A DNA stretch of 50,892 bases from Promethearchaeota archaeon (GCA_004524535.1 SDNY01000008.1:1-50892); one strand, 5' to 3'. Shown: positions 1 to 10,800, counted from the stretch's first letter. Made by a program: numbers and translations. The notes: generated from the letters alone by a model not told the origin.

Positions 1-1131
1 AAGGATCCTATTTCTCATATTATATGGTTAAAAAAACATGAACCTGAAATTTACGATAAAACATATAAATTCTTTAATGTAAAAGATTTTGTTGTTTACA
101 AATGTACAAATAATGCTATAATTTCAGTGGATTTAGGGAATGTTTCATGGATGATGGATTCAGATTTAAATAAATTAAATTGGTCGGATACTATATTAGA
201 TAAATTTGAAATAGACAAGCAAAAACTACCCGAAATAAAAAAATCAACCGATTTGGCTGGTAGTTTAACAAAAGAGGCAGCAGAGGACCTAGGTTTAACA
301 GCAGAACTTCCTGTTTTTGTTGGATCGTTTGATTTGACTTCTGGAGCTCTGGGTTCTGGAGCTATTAATGAGAAGCACCTTCTCGTTTGTATAGGAACGG
401 CTGATTTTGTTGGCGCACATATTTCCGAACGGAAGAACACCCTTGCATATTACATTGGAAGTATTTGTTCTGCTCAAAACAATTATTTATGTCTTTGTAA
501 ACAGGAAACGGGGGGCGTTTGTTTAGATTGGGTTGCAAATCAAATATTTAAAGGTGAAGTAGAGAAATATAAAAACAATAGACAAGAACTATATAGATAT
601 TTGGATGATATTGTAGAAGGATCTGAAGCTGGCGCAAATAATTTAATTTTTACACCGTGGATGTATGGAGAAAGAAGTCCTATAAATGATTCAAATGTTC
701 GAGGGGGTTTTTATAATTTAAGCCTTGACCATAAAAGAGAAGATCTTTTAAGAGCAGTGTACGAAGGAGTTGCGTTTAATATTAAATGGGGATTAACTTA
801 CGTAGAAAGATTAGTAGGCAAGAGTAATGAGATTAATGCTATTGGAGGAGGAGCTAAATCAAATGTATGGTGTCAAATATTAGCAGATATTTTAGAAAAG
901 AATATTAATAAAGTAGCTGAACCTGACTTGGCTTGTAATAGAGGCTTAGCTATAGTTGCTATTGTGGGCTTAGGAATACTTAAAGATTTCTCGGATGCTA
1001 TACCATTAATTCATATTGAAAAATCATTTAAACCTAATCCAAACTCTAAAAAGATTTATAAGAAAATCTACCGTGAATTTACAAGGATATACGATAGAAA
1101 TATAAAAATGTTTGAAAAATTAAACACTTAA
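1..1131 (+). CDS. FGGY-family carbohydrate kinase (xylulokinase-like), 5'-truncated by the window edge
   Basis: Frame 1 is open from base 1 (KDPISHIIWLKKHEPEIY...KDFVVYKCT). FGGY motifs: CIGTA, FTPWMYGERSP, RAVYEGVAF, GGGAKSNVWCQILAD. Confidence 0.9.
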   Translation, partial: KDPISHIIWLKKHEPEIYDKTYKFFNVKDFVVYKCTNNAIISVDLGNVSWMMDSDLNKLNWSDTILDKFEIDKQKLPEIKKSTDLAGSLTKEAAEDLGLTAELPVFVGSFDLTSGALGSGAINEKHLLVCIGTADFVGAHISERKNTLAYYIGSICSAQNNYLCLCKQETGGVCLDWVANQIFKGEVEKYKNNRQELYRYLDDIVEGSEAGANNLIFTPWMYGERSPINDSNVRGGFYNLSLDHKREDLLRAVYEGVAFNIKWGLTYVERLVGKSNEINAIGGGAKSNVWCQILADILEKNINKVAEPDLACNRGLAIVAIVGLGILKDFSDAIPLIHIEKSFKPNPNSKKIYKKIYREFTRIYDRNIKMFEKLNT

Positions 1132-2103
1132 CTCTCTAAAATATGCTTTTAATTTAAATAAATCGAGTTTAAGATCTTTTAAGATTTCGACGCGGTATTC
1201 TTCTCCTATTACTTTTTTTATAGCATCGTTAATAATATCAGTTTCCCATGTAGGATTTGGAAATTCGTATGTTTGATTTTCTAAATTACCCTCCCATGGA
1301 CGTAATTTTGGCGTTGATTCTATATATCTTGATTTACAATTAATTTTTTTCTTAAATCTTTCAGTAAGGGGTTTTAAATTGTCCACATTCCATCGTTTGA
1401 TGACCCATGGTGCATATTCATGTAATTTATCAAAGTCAAGTTCCAAATCATTCAGCCATTCATATTGATGAGCCCAATTTGCAATTGCTATGTAATTTTC
1501 ATTTTTAGATCTGTCATAGGGGAAATATTGCCATGTTTTATGATTTATATCTTCTTTCCAAAATGGTTTTCCTTCACCATATTCAAAAAAATATCCTAAG
1601 TGATTGATATCATCCGTATTAATTTTAAGATAGATTTCTATTTGTGTAATATCTATAGTGTCATTCAATACCTCGTCTTGATATAATTTAAAGATAATAC
1701 TTTTTGCTTTATTTGGATGACATTTACCCGTGAAAATAAGGTAGTAGGAAAAACAATAATAATCATTATATCTAAAAATTTCAAACCAGCACTCCCTTGG
1801 GCGAATTATAATATTTGACTTAATATAATTGAGAATTAATACAGTATCCACTGCTACTAATAAACTAATCACGGTTATAAAAACAATGATACTAAAATAA
1901 ATTTCCATAAAAAATAATGAGAGAGAGAGAGAGATTAATAAGCCAACTGTTACAAGAAAAAAGGCTATTAATGAGTTATGTGCTTTATGCTCTTTATCTT
2001 TCTTCGAGTATAAAATACTCGGCGCGTTATTAATTACGATATCTATACCATAGTCATTCACAAATTGCTGAAAATCCTCTTTTTGCCATTCGGGATTAGT
2101 CAT
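1120..2103 (-). CDS. hypothetical membrane protein (two N-terminal TM helices)
   Basis: 327-aa ORF with two hydrophobic segments at about aa 45-92; no recognised family. Confidence 0.7.
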   Translation of the reverse strand: MTNPEWQKEDFQQFVNDYGIDIVINNAPSILYSKKDKEHKAHNSLIAFFLVTVGLLISLSLSLFFMEIYFSIIVFITVISLLVAVDTVLILNYIKSNIIIRPRECWFEIFRYNDYYCFSYYLIFTGKCHPNKAKSIIFKLYQDEVLNDTIDITQIEIYLKINTDDINHLGYFFEYGEGKPFWKEDINHKTWQYFPYDRSKNENYIAIANWAHQYEWLNDLELDFDKLHEYAPWVIKRWNVDNLKPLTERFKKKINCKSRYIESTPKLRPWEGNLENQTYEFPNPTWETDIINDAIKKVIGEEYRVEILKDLKLDLFKLKAYFRELSV

Positions 2104-2237
2104 TTTTTTTCAGGCGTATTATATATTGTTCAATTTGCTTTTAATTTATTAAAAGATTTATGTTTTAAAGTTCAAAAAAAAGATTTTATCTAATATAAAA
2201 TAAAAATTAAAAAAGAATTCATTAGATTAAATAAATT

Positions 2238-2594
2238 TTAATCGATCTCAGAGCCACATTCATTACAATATTTTCCCGTTGTTTTCGCACCACAATGTGG
2301 GCAAAATTTTTGCTCCATTTGAGGCTGAGGCGCTGATTGAGGCGCTGGCTGTGCAACTGGCTGAGGTGCTGGCTGTACAACTGGCTGAGGTGTAGGTTGT
2401 GCTACGGGTTGGGTTACAGTTTGAGGCGCAGCTTTAGCTGTTGCTTTCTGTTGTTCTTGACAGATTATACAAATTCCAATAATAAAGAATAAACCTCCAA
2501 AAACTGCTAAAGGCCAAAACCAAAACATTCCTACTACTAAAAATACAATCCCTATCACCAGAAAACATGGTCCTTGTTCTTGTTGTTGCGGCAT
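2238..2594 (-). CDS. membrane protein with Pro/Gln linker and C-terminal zinc ribbon
   Basis: Two TM helices, QPVAQPAP repeats, CPHCG-x7-CNECG; SD-like GAAGTGA upstream. Confidence 0.8.
   Translation of the reverse strand: MPQQQEQGPCFLVIGIVFLVVGMFWFWPLAVFGGLFFIIGICIICQEQQKATAKAAPQTVTQPVAQPTPQPVVQPAPQPVAQPAPQSAPQPQMEQKFCPHCGAKTTGKYCNECGSEID
2322..2420 (-). repeat. degenerate 12/24-nt coding tandem repeat (QPVxQPxP)
   Basis: Translates as QPVAQPTP QPVVQPAP QPVAQPAP QSAPQP. Confidence 0.7.
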
Positions 2595-2793
2595 CTAATA
2601 ATATCACTTCTTACTTTTAAGTATAAATTCGATATAGTGAATTAATTAATTTATATTATTAATATATTCAGTATATTTATATTTAAGTTTTAAAAAATAA
2701 AATTAGAGAGTTCTAAGAGTAATGAAAATCAAAAATTCATATCCCTTTGAAATTTTTAATTGTAATTATTTATTTTAATTAGTGAAATAAAAG

Positions 2794-5100
2794 ATGGTAG
2801 ATTTTGGAGAATTTTTGCAATACATCAAGGAACAAGAATATTACGACAAGCAAATATCTTATATTGAACATATTCCTAAGAAAGTAGCGCATTTTGGTAC
2901 TTTAAAAAAACCATTAAGAAAACGACTCCAACGTTGGTTGAATGAAAATAAAATTGAATTATGGGGGCACCAAGCAGAAGCAATAAACAATATTCGTGAG
3001 GGAAAAAATACAGTGGTAGTGACTTCTACCGCTTCTGGAAAATCTCTTTGTTATAATCTTTCTGTGTTACAGACAATTTTAGATGATGATTCAAACAGTA
3101 CTGCCCTATATCTTTTTCCTACGAAAGCTCTGGCAAGAGATCAATATTTTGTTTTATCTAAATTAATGTCAGATATGAATATCAAGACCGAACGAGTTGG
3201 TGTGTATGATGGAGATGTAGAACCTTATGAAAAACGACAAATTTTGGCAAATGCGAATGTTATTATTACTAATCCTTATGGTCTTCATTTCTATTTGCCT
3301 TGGTTTAAGCAAAAATGGAGCAGAATCTGTAAGAACTTAAAATATATCGTTTTGGATGAAATCCATATATATCGAGGGATTTTTGGCTCAAACTTTTCAT
3401 TATTATTACGGAGGTTAAAAAGAATACTCGAAACATATAGCATAAAACCTATATGGATCCTATCGAGTGCGACGATTAATAATGCAAAAGAATTTGCTGA
3501 AAAACTCGTTGGTGAAGAGTTTGTTGTCATCAATAAAGATGATTCGCCCTCAGGCGCGAAAAAAGTGATCTTATGGGATTTACCTTATGATGAGATCTCG
3601 CATAAATACCGTTCTGCTCATCAAGAGACAAAAAATCTTTATGTAAGCCATTTAAAGAAGGGTATTCAAACCCTCACTTTTACATTATCACGAAAAATGG
3701 CAGAATTGCAAGCAATTTGGACAAGGCAAACTCTTTCCCAATTAAGAGATAGAATTGTAAGCTATAGAGCAGGAATAAGCAAACAAAAACGAAGAGAAAT
3801 AGAACAAGATTTCAAAAATAAGAGATTATTGGGGATTAGCTCTACTAATGCTCTTGAACTTGGTATTGATATAGGTTCCCTAGACGCAACCATTTGCTCT
3901 GGATTCCCCGGAACAATCTCTAGCTTTAAGCAACAGATAGGCAGATCTGGAAGAGGAGAAGAAGTTTCTATTTCAACATTAATCCCAATGGCAAACCCAT
4001 TGGATTTTTTCTATGTCCATAATCCTGAGATTTTATTTGGTCCTATTAAAGAAGAAGTTCTTATAACACAAAATAATAAATATATTTTAAAGAATCACCT
4101 ATGCTGTGCTTCAAAAGAAATTCCAATAAAAATTGATGATTATCAGAAATTTGGAATTGAGAAAAAAGAATTTTTTATTAAATGCTTGAAAGAATTAGTA
4201 AAAGATTCGTTATTAATGAAGCGAGGAGATCGATATTACTGGAAAGGCGATTTTTTCCCCAATGAAAAATTTGGATTGAGTAATTTATCTGATCGAACCT
4301 TTAAAGTGATTTTAAGAAGGGAAGGAAGGGAGGAATTTTTAACTGCTGAAGATGAAAGTTATGTCTTTAGAGATTTACATCATGGAGCAATATATCTCTA
4401 TGAGGCAGAAACTTATATAGTTGAAGAACTCGACAATGAGGAAAAAAAAGTATATATTGCAAAAGCTGATGTGGATTTTTACACTCAATCGCTAAAACAC
4501 ACTGAAATTACTCCAATTGAAATATTGTCTCAAAAAAATACTGGTCCAAATAATAAAATTGAAGCATTTTTTGGAAATGTGAAAGTTGAACATGAATATT
4601 ATTCCTATAAGGTTATTGATACTTTAACTCAAGAAATCAGAGATAGGATTCCATTATTAGATATACCGATTGTAGAATTTGAGACTCATTCAGTTTGGTT
4701 TTTGATACCCTACGAATTACAAAAAGAGTTGGAATTGAATGATTATGATCTTGGAGGGACTGTTCATGCCATTGAACACGCAATGATAGCAATGTCACCG
4801 ACATTAGCACAGATATCTCGCTGGGATCTTGGAGGACTTTCAATCGATTTCGATCCTGTCAAACAACAACCGATTATCTATATTTATGACGCGTTTCGAG
4901 GCGGAATAGGAATTTCGGAATCGCTTTATTATAACCTTATGGAGCTACTTGAATTAACATACAAATTAATTAAATCGTGCAATTGTGGTGAGCCAAATGG
5001 TTGCCCAGCATGTATTATGAGCCCCAAATGCGGCAATAATAACGAACCATTAGATAAAAAAGGTGCTCTTTTTATTCTAAAAAAGTTACTCGCTATTTAA
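2794..5100 (+). CDS. DEAH-box helicase with C-terminal DUF1998 zinc domain (MrfA/Hrq1/SftH family)
   Basis: TASGKS (motif I), PTKALARDQ, DEIH, SAT, TNALELGIDIG, QQIGRSGR, HAIEHA and CNC-x5-CPAC. Confidence 0.93.
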   Translation: MVDFGEFLQYIKEQEYYDKQISYIEHIPKKVAHFGTLKKPLRKRLQRWLNENKIELWGHQAEAINNIREGKNTVVVTSTASGKSLCYNLSVLQTILDDDSNSTALYLFPTKALARDQYFVLSKLMSDMNIKTERVGVYDGDVEPYEKRQILANANVIITNPYGLHFYLPWFKQKWSRICKNLKYIVLDEIHIYRGIFGSNFSLLLRRLKRILETYSIKPIWILSSATINNAKEFAEKLVGEEFVVINKDDSPSGAKKVILWDLPYDEISHKYRSAHQETKNLYVSHLKKGIQTLTFTLSRKMAELQAIWTRQTLSQLRDRIVSYRAGISKQKRREIEQDFKNKRLLGISSTNALELGIDIGSLDATICSGFPGTISSFKQQIGRSGRGEEVSISTLIPMANPLDFFYVHNPEILFGPIKEEVLITQNNKYILKNHLCCASKEIPIKIDDYQKFGIEKKEFFIKCLKELVKDSLLMKRGDRYYWKGDFFPNEKFGLSNLSDRTFKVILRREGREEFLTAEDESYVFRDLHHGAIYLYEAETYIVEELDNEEKKVYIAKADVDFYTQSLKHTEITPIEILSQKNTGPNNKIEAFFGNVKVEHEYYSYKVIDTLTQEIRDRIPLLDIPIVEFETHSVWFLIPYELQKELELNDYDLGGTVHAIEHAMIAMSPTLAQISRWDLGGLSIDFDPVKQQPIIYIYDAFRGGIGISESLYYNLMELLELTYKLIKSCNCGEPNGCPACIMSPKCGNNNEPLDKKGALFILKKLLAI

Positions 5101-5141
5101 TAGTATTAAGATTTAAATGTTCAAATTCTTATTGTTAATTT

Positions 5142-7196
5142 ATGTCACAACTAAGTAAAAAATTGAAAGTCAAGCGAGTGATAATATTTAAACATGGAGT
5201 CTCTTATTTCATTCTCGAGGGGAGGCAAAAAGGAGCGGGGACATTTGAGATAGAATTCAAAATCGACGAAATGGACGATATATTAAAATCTCTCTTTGTT
5301 CTAGACACGAGTGAAAAGGGTTATATATCATCAATCTCTTACGATGCGGCACTAGATACCTCCCAGTTATTAAAGTCTATTATGTTAGACATTCCTGATA
5401 GGGATTCTTTTTCTTCACTTATAGTACAAATAAAGGGGGCTAAAGTTAATTTAATCGTTGGTAATGAGAAGATATCCGGAACCATTATCGGGATAGAACT
5501 TGTAGAAAAACTCAATAAAGAGGGTAAAATAATTGAAAAGTTATTGACATTACTTAAAGATGATGAAGTTATTACAAAAATACCCTTTTCTGAGATAAAA
5601 AGCTTTGAGATTTTGAATGATGAGCTTAAAAAAGATTTAAAGTTTTTCTTAGACACAGTCATAGCAGGGAAGAAAAAAGATGCCAAAAAAATTATTATTA
5701 ATTGTGAATCAGGGGGTCAAGAAGGAGAAAGGAGCATCGTTATAAGTTATATAAGGGAAAGCCCTATTTGGAAAACATCGTATAGATTGATTATGAGTAG
5801 ACAACAAGCTTTAGAGGAAAAATGTTTAATAAGTGGATGGGCGTTAATTGAGAACACTACAAATCAAGATTGGGAAGATATTGAACTATCTTTAGTTGCC
5901 GGTATGCCCGTATCTTTCATTTACGAGTTTTACAGACCGATCTTCATTGATAGACCAAGAATTCAACCTCCACGAGTATTAAGTGCAAGACCAACTGAGA
6001 TTGAGGAAGGTTTGGTAATGGAAGATTTTGACGAGTATGAAATGGATAAAGAAGAAGCTATGGCTCCACCTAGGGCAAAAAAAGCGCGTAGAATGGCAGA
6101 GAAACCTGCTGCACCAATGGCCTCCATAGCAACCACAGGTGCTTCTTTTGGAGGCGGTTTAGCTGATACTGCGCTCATGGATAAAGTTAAATCTCAAACG
6201 GCAGCTCAGACAAAAGATTTAGGAGAATTATTCGAATATAACATCACTAACCCTGTAACAATTAAAAGAAAGCAAAGTGCATTAGTTCCAATCTTAACTG
6301 AAGAAATTAAAGCAAAAAGGATATTGCTTTATAATAAAAACGAACATGGATTAAATCCAAATGCTTGCCTTGAAATTACAAACAATACAGCATTAACGCT
6401 TGAGAGAGGACCAGTAACAATCATTTACGACGATAATCTTGCCGGTGAAGCGATTATACCTTTTTTAAACAAAGAGGACACTCGCCTTTTGAATTATGCT
6501 GTTGAACAAGCGGTTGTAATTAATCATGAAGAAAAATCCCAGAATCAAAAAGTTCACAGATTATCGATTGGAAACGCATATTGCTACGAATATTATTTCA
6601 CAGATTTAAGAACTGAATATAAAATTAAGAATAAAACAAATGAAGAGAAAGATCTATACCTAGATCATCCAAAAAAGTCCGGCTATGAAATTAAAGAAAG
6701 TCCTGTGGAACCAGAAGAGACACCTAATTATTGGCGTTTTAAACTGAAATTGAAAGAAAAGGAAGCAATTTCTTTTAAAATTAGGGAACGCAGTGAAAAT
6801 TATTCGAGTTACTATTTATGGAACTGGACTAAAGACGATATCTTGAGAAGAGTTGATTTTTACGTTAGGCAAAGTTTTATAAATGAGGAATTAGAAGCAC
6901 AATTGAAAGAAACAGGCGAATTGATAGGCAAGAAAAGCGATCTTGAAGAAAAGAAGTCCAAACTTGATAACGAACGGTATCAAATGACAGATGAACAAGC
7001 AAGAATTCGGGAAAATATTGCAGTTCTAGGAAATACTACTCAAGAATCAAAGCTTAGGGAAAAATATGTACAAAAACTAAGTATTCAAGAAGAAAGATAC
7101 GAAAATATTTCTGCTGAAATTAACGATTTAGAAAAAGAACTGAAAGTACTCAATAAAGAAATTGATGAGAAGATAAATAACCTTAAATTAAAATAA
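5142..7196 (+). CDS. DUF4139-family protein with C-terminal coiled coil
   Basis: VIIFKHGVSYF start, PIWKTSYRL, GWALIENTTNQDWEDIELSLVAGMP, GELFEY, QSALVPI; coiled-coil C-terminus. Confidence 0.8.
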   Translation: MSQLSKKLKVKRVIIFKHGVSYFILEGRQKGAGTFEIEFKIDEMDDILKSLFVLDTSEKGYISSISYDAALDTSQLLKSIMLDIPDRDSFSSLIVQIKGAKVNLIVGNEKISGTIIGIELVEKLNKEGKIIEKLLTLLKDDEVITKIPFSEIKSFEILNDELKKDLKFFLDTVIAGKKKDAKKIIINCESGGQEGERSIVISYIRESPIWKTSYRLIMSRQQALEEKCLISGWALIENTTNQDWEDIELSLVAGMPVSFIYEFYRPIFIDRPRIQPPRVLSARPTEIEEGLVMEDFDEYEMDKEEAMAPPRAKKARRMAEKPAAPMASIATTGASFGGGLADTALMDKVKSQTAAQTKDLGELFEYNITNPVTIKRKQSALVPILTEEIKAKRILLYNKNEHGLNPNACLEITNNTALTLERGPVTIIYDDNLAGEAIIPFLNKEDTRLLNYAVEQAVVINHEEKSQNQKVHRLSIGNAYCYEYYFTDLRTEYKIKNKTNEEKDLYLDHPKKSGYEIKESPVEPEETPNYWRFKLKLKEKEAISFKIRERSENYSSYYLWNWTKDDILRRVDFYVRQSFINEELEAQLKETGELIGKKSDLEEKKSKLDNERYQMTDEQARIRENIAVLGNTTQESKLREKYVQKLSIQEERYENISAEINDLEKELKVLNKEIDEKINNLKLK

Positions 7197-7331
7197 AGTT
7201 AATTTTTCTTTATTTTGATATTTCTCCGAGTTGTTAAAAAAAATTTTTAATAAATTTTAATCAAATTTTTAATAAATGAAAAGATTAAAATTATATTAAA
7301 AGGTTAGAAATTAACATATTTTATCTTCAGA

Positions 7332-8033
7332 ATGACTGTTAAGTCAATAAAAACAGGATTTAGGAGCATTCCTTATCGCAGTGGTTATGTATATAATTGG
7401 ATGACAAAGAGGCTTTACGATCAACATAAAAAATTTATGAGTATTGCCAAATTAATAGGAAATGGTTCAAAAAAAGTATTGGATTTACCTTGTGGAACAG
7501 GATTTCTAACTCATTATTTACCAAATAATATTATTTATGAAGGCTGGGATTTAAATAGAAAATTTCTCATTAAAATAAGAAAAGACTGGAATAGGGGGAA
7601 AGCTAAACCAAAAAAAATAATCTTAAAGCAAAATAATATTTTCAATTTTAATGAATATCCTGATAATGCCGATATAATAGTTTTTTGCGACATTCTTCAT
7701 CATATCTATCCGAATCACATAGATTTAGTTGAGAATGCTAAAAATTTTGCTAAAAAGATAATTATTTGCGAACCAGTAGCAGTAAGACCACAAGACAATA
7801 TGAATGGTCACGACGCATTGGCCAAAACAGTTATTAAAATTAGTAAGTATTTCCCTGAAAAATTAATAAAAATCCTTGATTTTTTATTTGCTGATAATGA
7901 TGGAATTAACTCATTCGAAAAGAGGTCGTGTTGGAAACATACCAACGAGAGCCTTAAAGATTTATATTATAATTTAGGTGTTAATAAGATTTATAATATT
8001 TTAGACGATTATATCGGTATATGGGAAGCATAA
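7332..8033 (+). CDS. class I SAM-dependent methyltransferase
   Basis: VLDLPCGTG motif I, GWDLN, DILHH. Confidence 0.85.
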   Translation: MTVKSIKTGFRSIPYRSGYVYNWMTKRLYDQHKKFMSIAKLIGNGSKKVLDLPCGTGFLTHYLPNNIIYEGWDLNRKFLIKIRKDWNRGKAKPKKIILKQNNIFNFNEYPDNADIIVFCDILHHIYPNHIDLVENAKNFAKKIIICEPVAVRPQDNMNGHDALAKTVIKISKYFPEKLIKILDFLFADNDGINSFEKRSCWKHTNESLKDLYYNLGVNKIYNILDDYIGIWEA

Positions 8034-8135
8034 AATTTTACTTTTAATTTATTAGGGGTTTATTAATTCAAATTTTTAAAGTAAAAAAAATAAATTATGA
8101 AATATTAAAAAAAATATTATTTTTTGGTGAGAAAC

Positions 8136-8345
8136 ATGAGCATAGACAAACTAGAAGAAGAAGTTGAGGTATTACAAGATGAAATGGAAGCGTTAGAAGA
8201 GAATTGTGATACTCTAGATCTCTGTAAAGAAGAGGATGGCTGTTCAAGATGTGATGCTTTTAGGAAAATGGAAGAGATTAATGCTAAGATTGAGGAACTG
8301 GAAGAGAAAATTGAAGAATTAATATCGGCTGAAGAAGAAGAATAA
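8136..8345 (+). CDS. small acidic coiled-coil protein with four Cys
   Basis: GGTGA SD at 8126-8130 favours the ATG at 8136; heptad helices flank C-x5-C-x5-C-x2-C. Confidence 0.75.
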   Translation: MSIDKLEEEVEVLQDEMEALEENCDTLDLCKEEDGCSRCDAFRKMEEINAKIEELEEKIEELISAEEEE

Positions 8346-8420
8346 ATTGCTTTTTAATTTTAATATTTTTTTTACTTATTATTTTACTCTTATAAATAGC
8401 TGCTCTATTAATAAATAAAG

Positions 8421-8452
8421 AAAAAAAAAGTGATTCACTTAGAGTGAATTAT
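8421..8452 (-). terminator. hairpin plus U-tract terminator candidate for the acyl-CoA dehydrogenase gene
   Basis: Inverted repeat ATTCACT-tag-AGTGAAT (8433-8449), followed on the minus strand by a T9 run (A9 at 8421-8429); lies between convergent genes. Confidence 0.5.
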
Positions 8453-8471
8453 ATTCTTTGTAAACTATATT

Positions 8472-9776
8472 CTATATACCTGACATCTTGTAAAGTTGTC
8501 TTAGAGCCATTGACATTATGTATTGTTGTATCTGGCGGCTTCCGCCAACGATCTCTTGAATTCGAGAAATATTAAGTAGGTCGTTCATTAATGTATTATC
8601 ACAGAGTCCAGCACCACCCATTAAGTTAGCACTTTCATAGCATATTTCTTTTGATAACGAGGTGGTATGATATTTTAACATTGACGCAGACGCTACTAAT
8701 GCTTGTGCTATATTCTTAGGTAATACACCGCCAAATTTCTCCATTTTCTCGTCGTAGGATTCGCAGAATTTTAATAATCCTAATGTTAAATTAGTAGTTT
8801 TAGCCCATAGGTCAGTCAACGAAAAACCTACACCTTGAAACAGCAAGATCATTTTGTCAAATTGCTTTCTATTGTTGGCATAAATAGCAGCATGAGTAAT
8901 GGCGTTCCAACATTCGCAAATAGACATTATTGCGATTCCAATTCTTTCAGGAACTAATCCTTCAAAAAGATGATCACGACCTTTCCCAACTCCACCTAGG
9001 ACATACTCTTTGGGCACTCTCAGATTTTTTAATGTTTCTTTTCCAAGATAGAGTTTCGGTACCCAAGGTATTCCCACTCTTTCGCAAATCCATCCATCCC
9101 AGGAAGTATTGATCAAGAATTGAGCCATAGTATTACCATTATTCGCTTCTGCAGTTGCGTAAGCTACTGCCCATTTTGATTTTGGAGCGTTCGTATTAAA
9201 TATTTTTTCTCCATTTAAAATAAAACTGCCATCTGGCTGCTCATCACATGTCGTTAATTGGTGGACTGCATCAGAACCTCTTTCTGGTTCCGTAATACAG
9301 ATGCACCCAGCTGATTGACCTGTTACTAAATCCTTGAGTGCGTCTAATCTTACTGGAATGTTCTCGTGATGCTCTTTGATCGGATTAATTGCGAGTACTG
9401 TTGCTCCTCCACCCATTGCGAATTGTGGATCGAAAAATTCTAACGCTAAATTTCTCATAAAGTCAATAGCAGCTCCGGAAGTCTCATAATTTACATCAAT
9501 CATCGCAAATGGCTCCGTTCTAGATATATAGCCTTCTTTACCAAAAGCAGGGATCCAATCGTAAATATCTTCTTCAGGACCATGTGTAATGTTATTTTTT
9601 TTCTCGAAACGCATACAGAACTTTTCAACCTTTTTGAGGAAATTGAATTGTTCTTGATCCAATAGTGCCATGAGGTTATTATTTAAGAAGGAATATCTAT
9701 TTTTAAGGCTTAATTTACCTAAAATCTCGTCGTTAATAGCTTGAACCATATATCTGGGCTTCTTCTCTTCTTCCAT
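8472..9776 (-). CDS. acyl-CoA dehydrogenase
   Basis: CITEPERGSDA, LNGEKIFNTNAP, RKQFDK-x5-QGV, MGGAG, EIVGGSRQIQ. Confidence 0.93.
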   Translation of the reverse strand: MEEEKKPRYMVQAINDEILGKLSLKNRYSFLNNNLMALLDQEQFNFLKKVEKFCMRFEKKNNITHGPEEDIYDWIPAFGKEGYISRTEPFAMIDVNYETSGAAIDFMRNLALEFFDPQFAMGGGATVLAINPIKEHHENIPVRLDALKDLVTGQSAGCICITEPERGSDAVHQLTTCDEQPDGSFILNGEKIFNTNAPKSKWAVAYATAEANNGNTMAQFLINTSWDGWICERVGIPWVPKLYLGKETLKNLRVPKEYVLGGVGKGRDHLFEGLVPERIGIAIMSICECWNAITHAAIYANNRKQFDKMILLFQGVGFSLTDLWAKTTNLTLGLLKFCESYDEKMEKFGGVLPKNIAQALVASASMLKYHTTSLSKEICYESANLMGGAGLCDNTLMNDLLNISRIQEIVGGSRQIQQYIMSMALRQLYKMSGI

Positions 9777-9924
9777 TTTTTCTTCACGCTTTTTTTTTTG
9801 AAATTTTTGAAATTTAAGAGATAAATATTTTATATTAAGGAAAATGTGAATTCGTTTTTTAATTTTTTTTCAGAATTAGAAAATTAAGTGTTGAAATTAA
9901 ATAATCAATTATCAAGATTAAAAA

Positions 9925-10674
9925 TTAAAAAATGAGATTTCGTAATCTCGAAGAAAATTTTTTTGAAATTGTAAGTGCGGTATCAAATGGACAACGACTT
10001 TTAAATAAAATCACAGAAATAAAGCTGTCAATTCCGGTCAAACTTAGAATGCCAAAACTTTCAAGAGTTATGAGTTCATTGATTTTGTCATTTCCAATTA
10101 AGAAACGAGATTCTAAGAGCTTTATTATCTCTGAAAGTACATTTGGATACAAATAAGACACAATAACTCTTCCAGTTTGTGTTAATAAGGCTGAAGAAGT
10201 CACGAAAGAAGAAAATGTATGCAATTCATTAATGATTTTTATTAAATCTTTTTCTATTTCCTCAGAAACTAATTTTTTGCTTTTCTCAATAATATCCGTT
10301 ATGTTATTTTCGAAATCAAGAAATTTTGAAATTTCGCCATCAAAATTAATATCAAAAGATTCCAAATCGAACTTGCTGAGAAATTGATTTTTGATTTCTC
10401 TTAATTGATTTCTAAGTTCAACCAAATTATCTGTCCTATCTGCGAAAATAGCAAACATTAACTCATCATTTTGAATATTTTCGATTTCAAATATAAATCT
10501 AAATTCAGAAACCTCAATTTCTGATAGTTTCGCCGTTTTTAAAGTTTGTTTTACAAAGGAGAAGATAGCACTTAAAAATTGACTTGTTAATTTAACGTTA
10601 AAAATATCCTCGTAAGTTTTATGAAAAATTAATTCCCCCGTTCTTGCCTTCATTATAAAGATATTTTTGATCAT
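9925..10674 (-). CDS. longin-like plus roadblock-like domain protein
   Basis: N-terminal IFIMKARTGELIFHKTY...LTSQFLSAIFSFVKQ (longin pattern); C-terminal SSALLTQTGRVIVSY (roadblock/LC7 pattern). Confidence 0.65.
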   Translation of the reverse strand: MIKNIFIMKARTGELIFHKTYEDIFNVKLTSQFLSAIFSFVKQTLKTAKLSEIEVSEFRFIFEIENIQNDELMFAIFADRTDNLVELRNQLREIKNQFLSKFDLESFDINFDGEISKFLDFENNITDIIEKSKKLVSEEIEKDLIKIINELHTFSSFVTSSALLTQTGRVIVSYLYPNVLSEIIKLLESRFLIGNDKINELITLESFGILSLTGIDSFISVILFKSRCPFDTALTISKKFSSRLRNLIF

Positions 10675-10800
10675 AAAACTCAGAAATCTTTTTATTAATC
10701 TAAATGACTTTTTTATATTATTTATAAATTTTTTACTTAAAAATATGTTCGAAACTAAAAATTAGTATTTATTAAAAGAATAGAATTTAAAAAAATTTTT

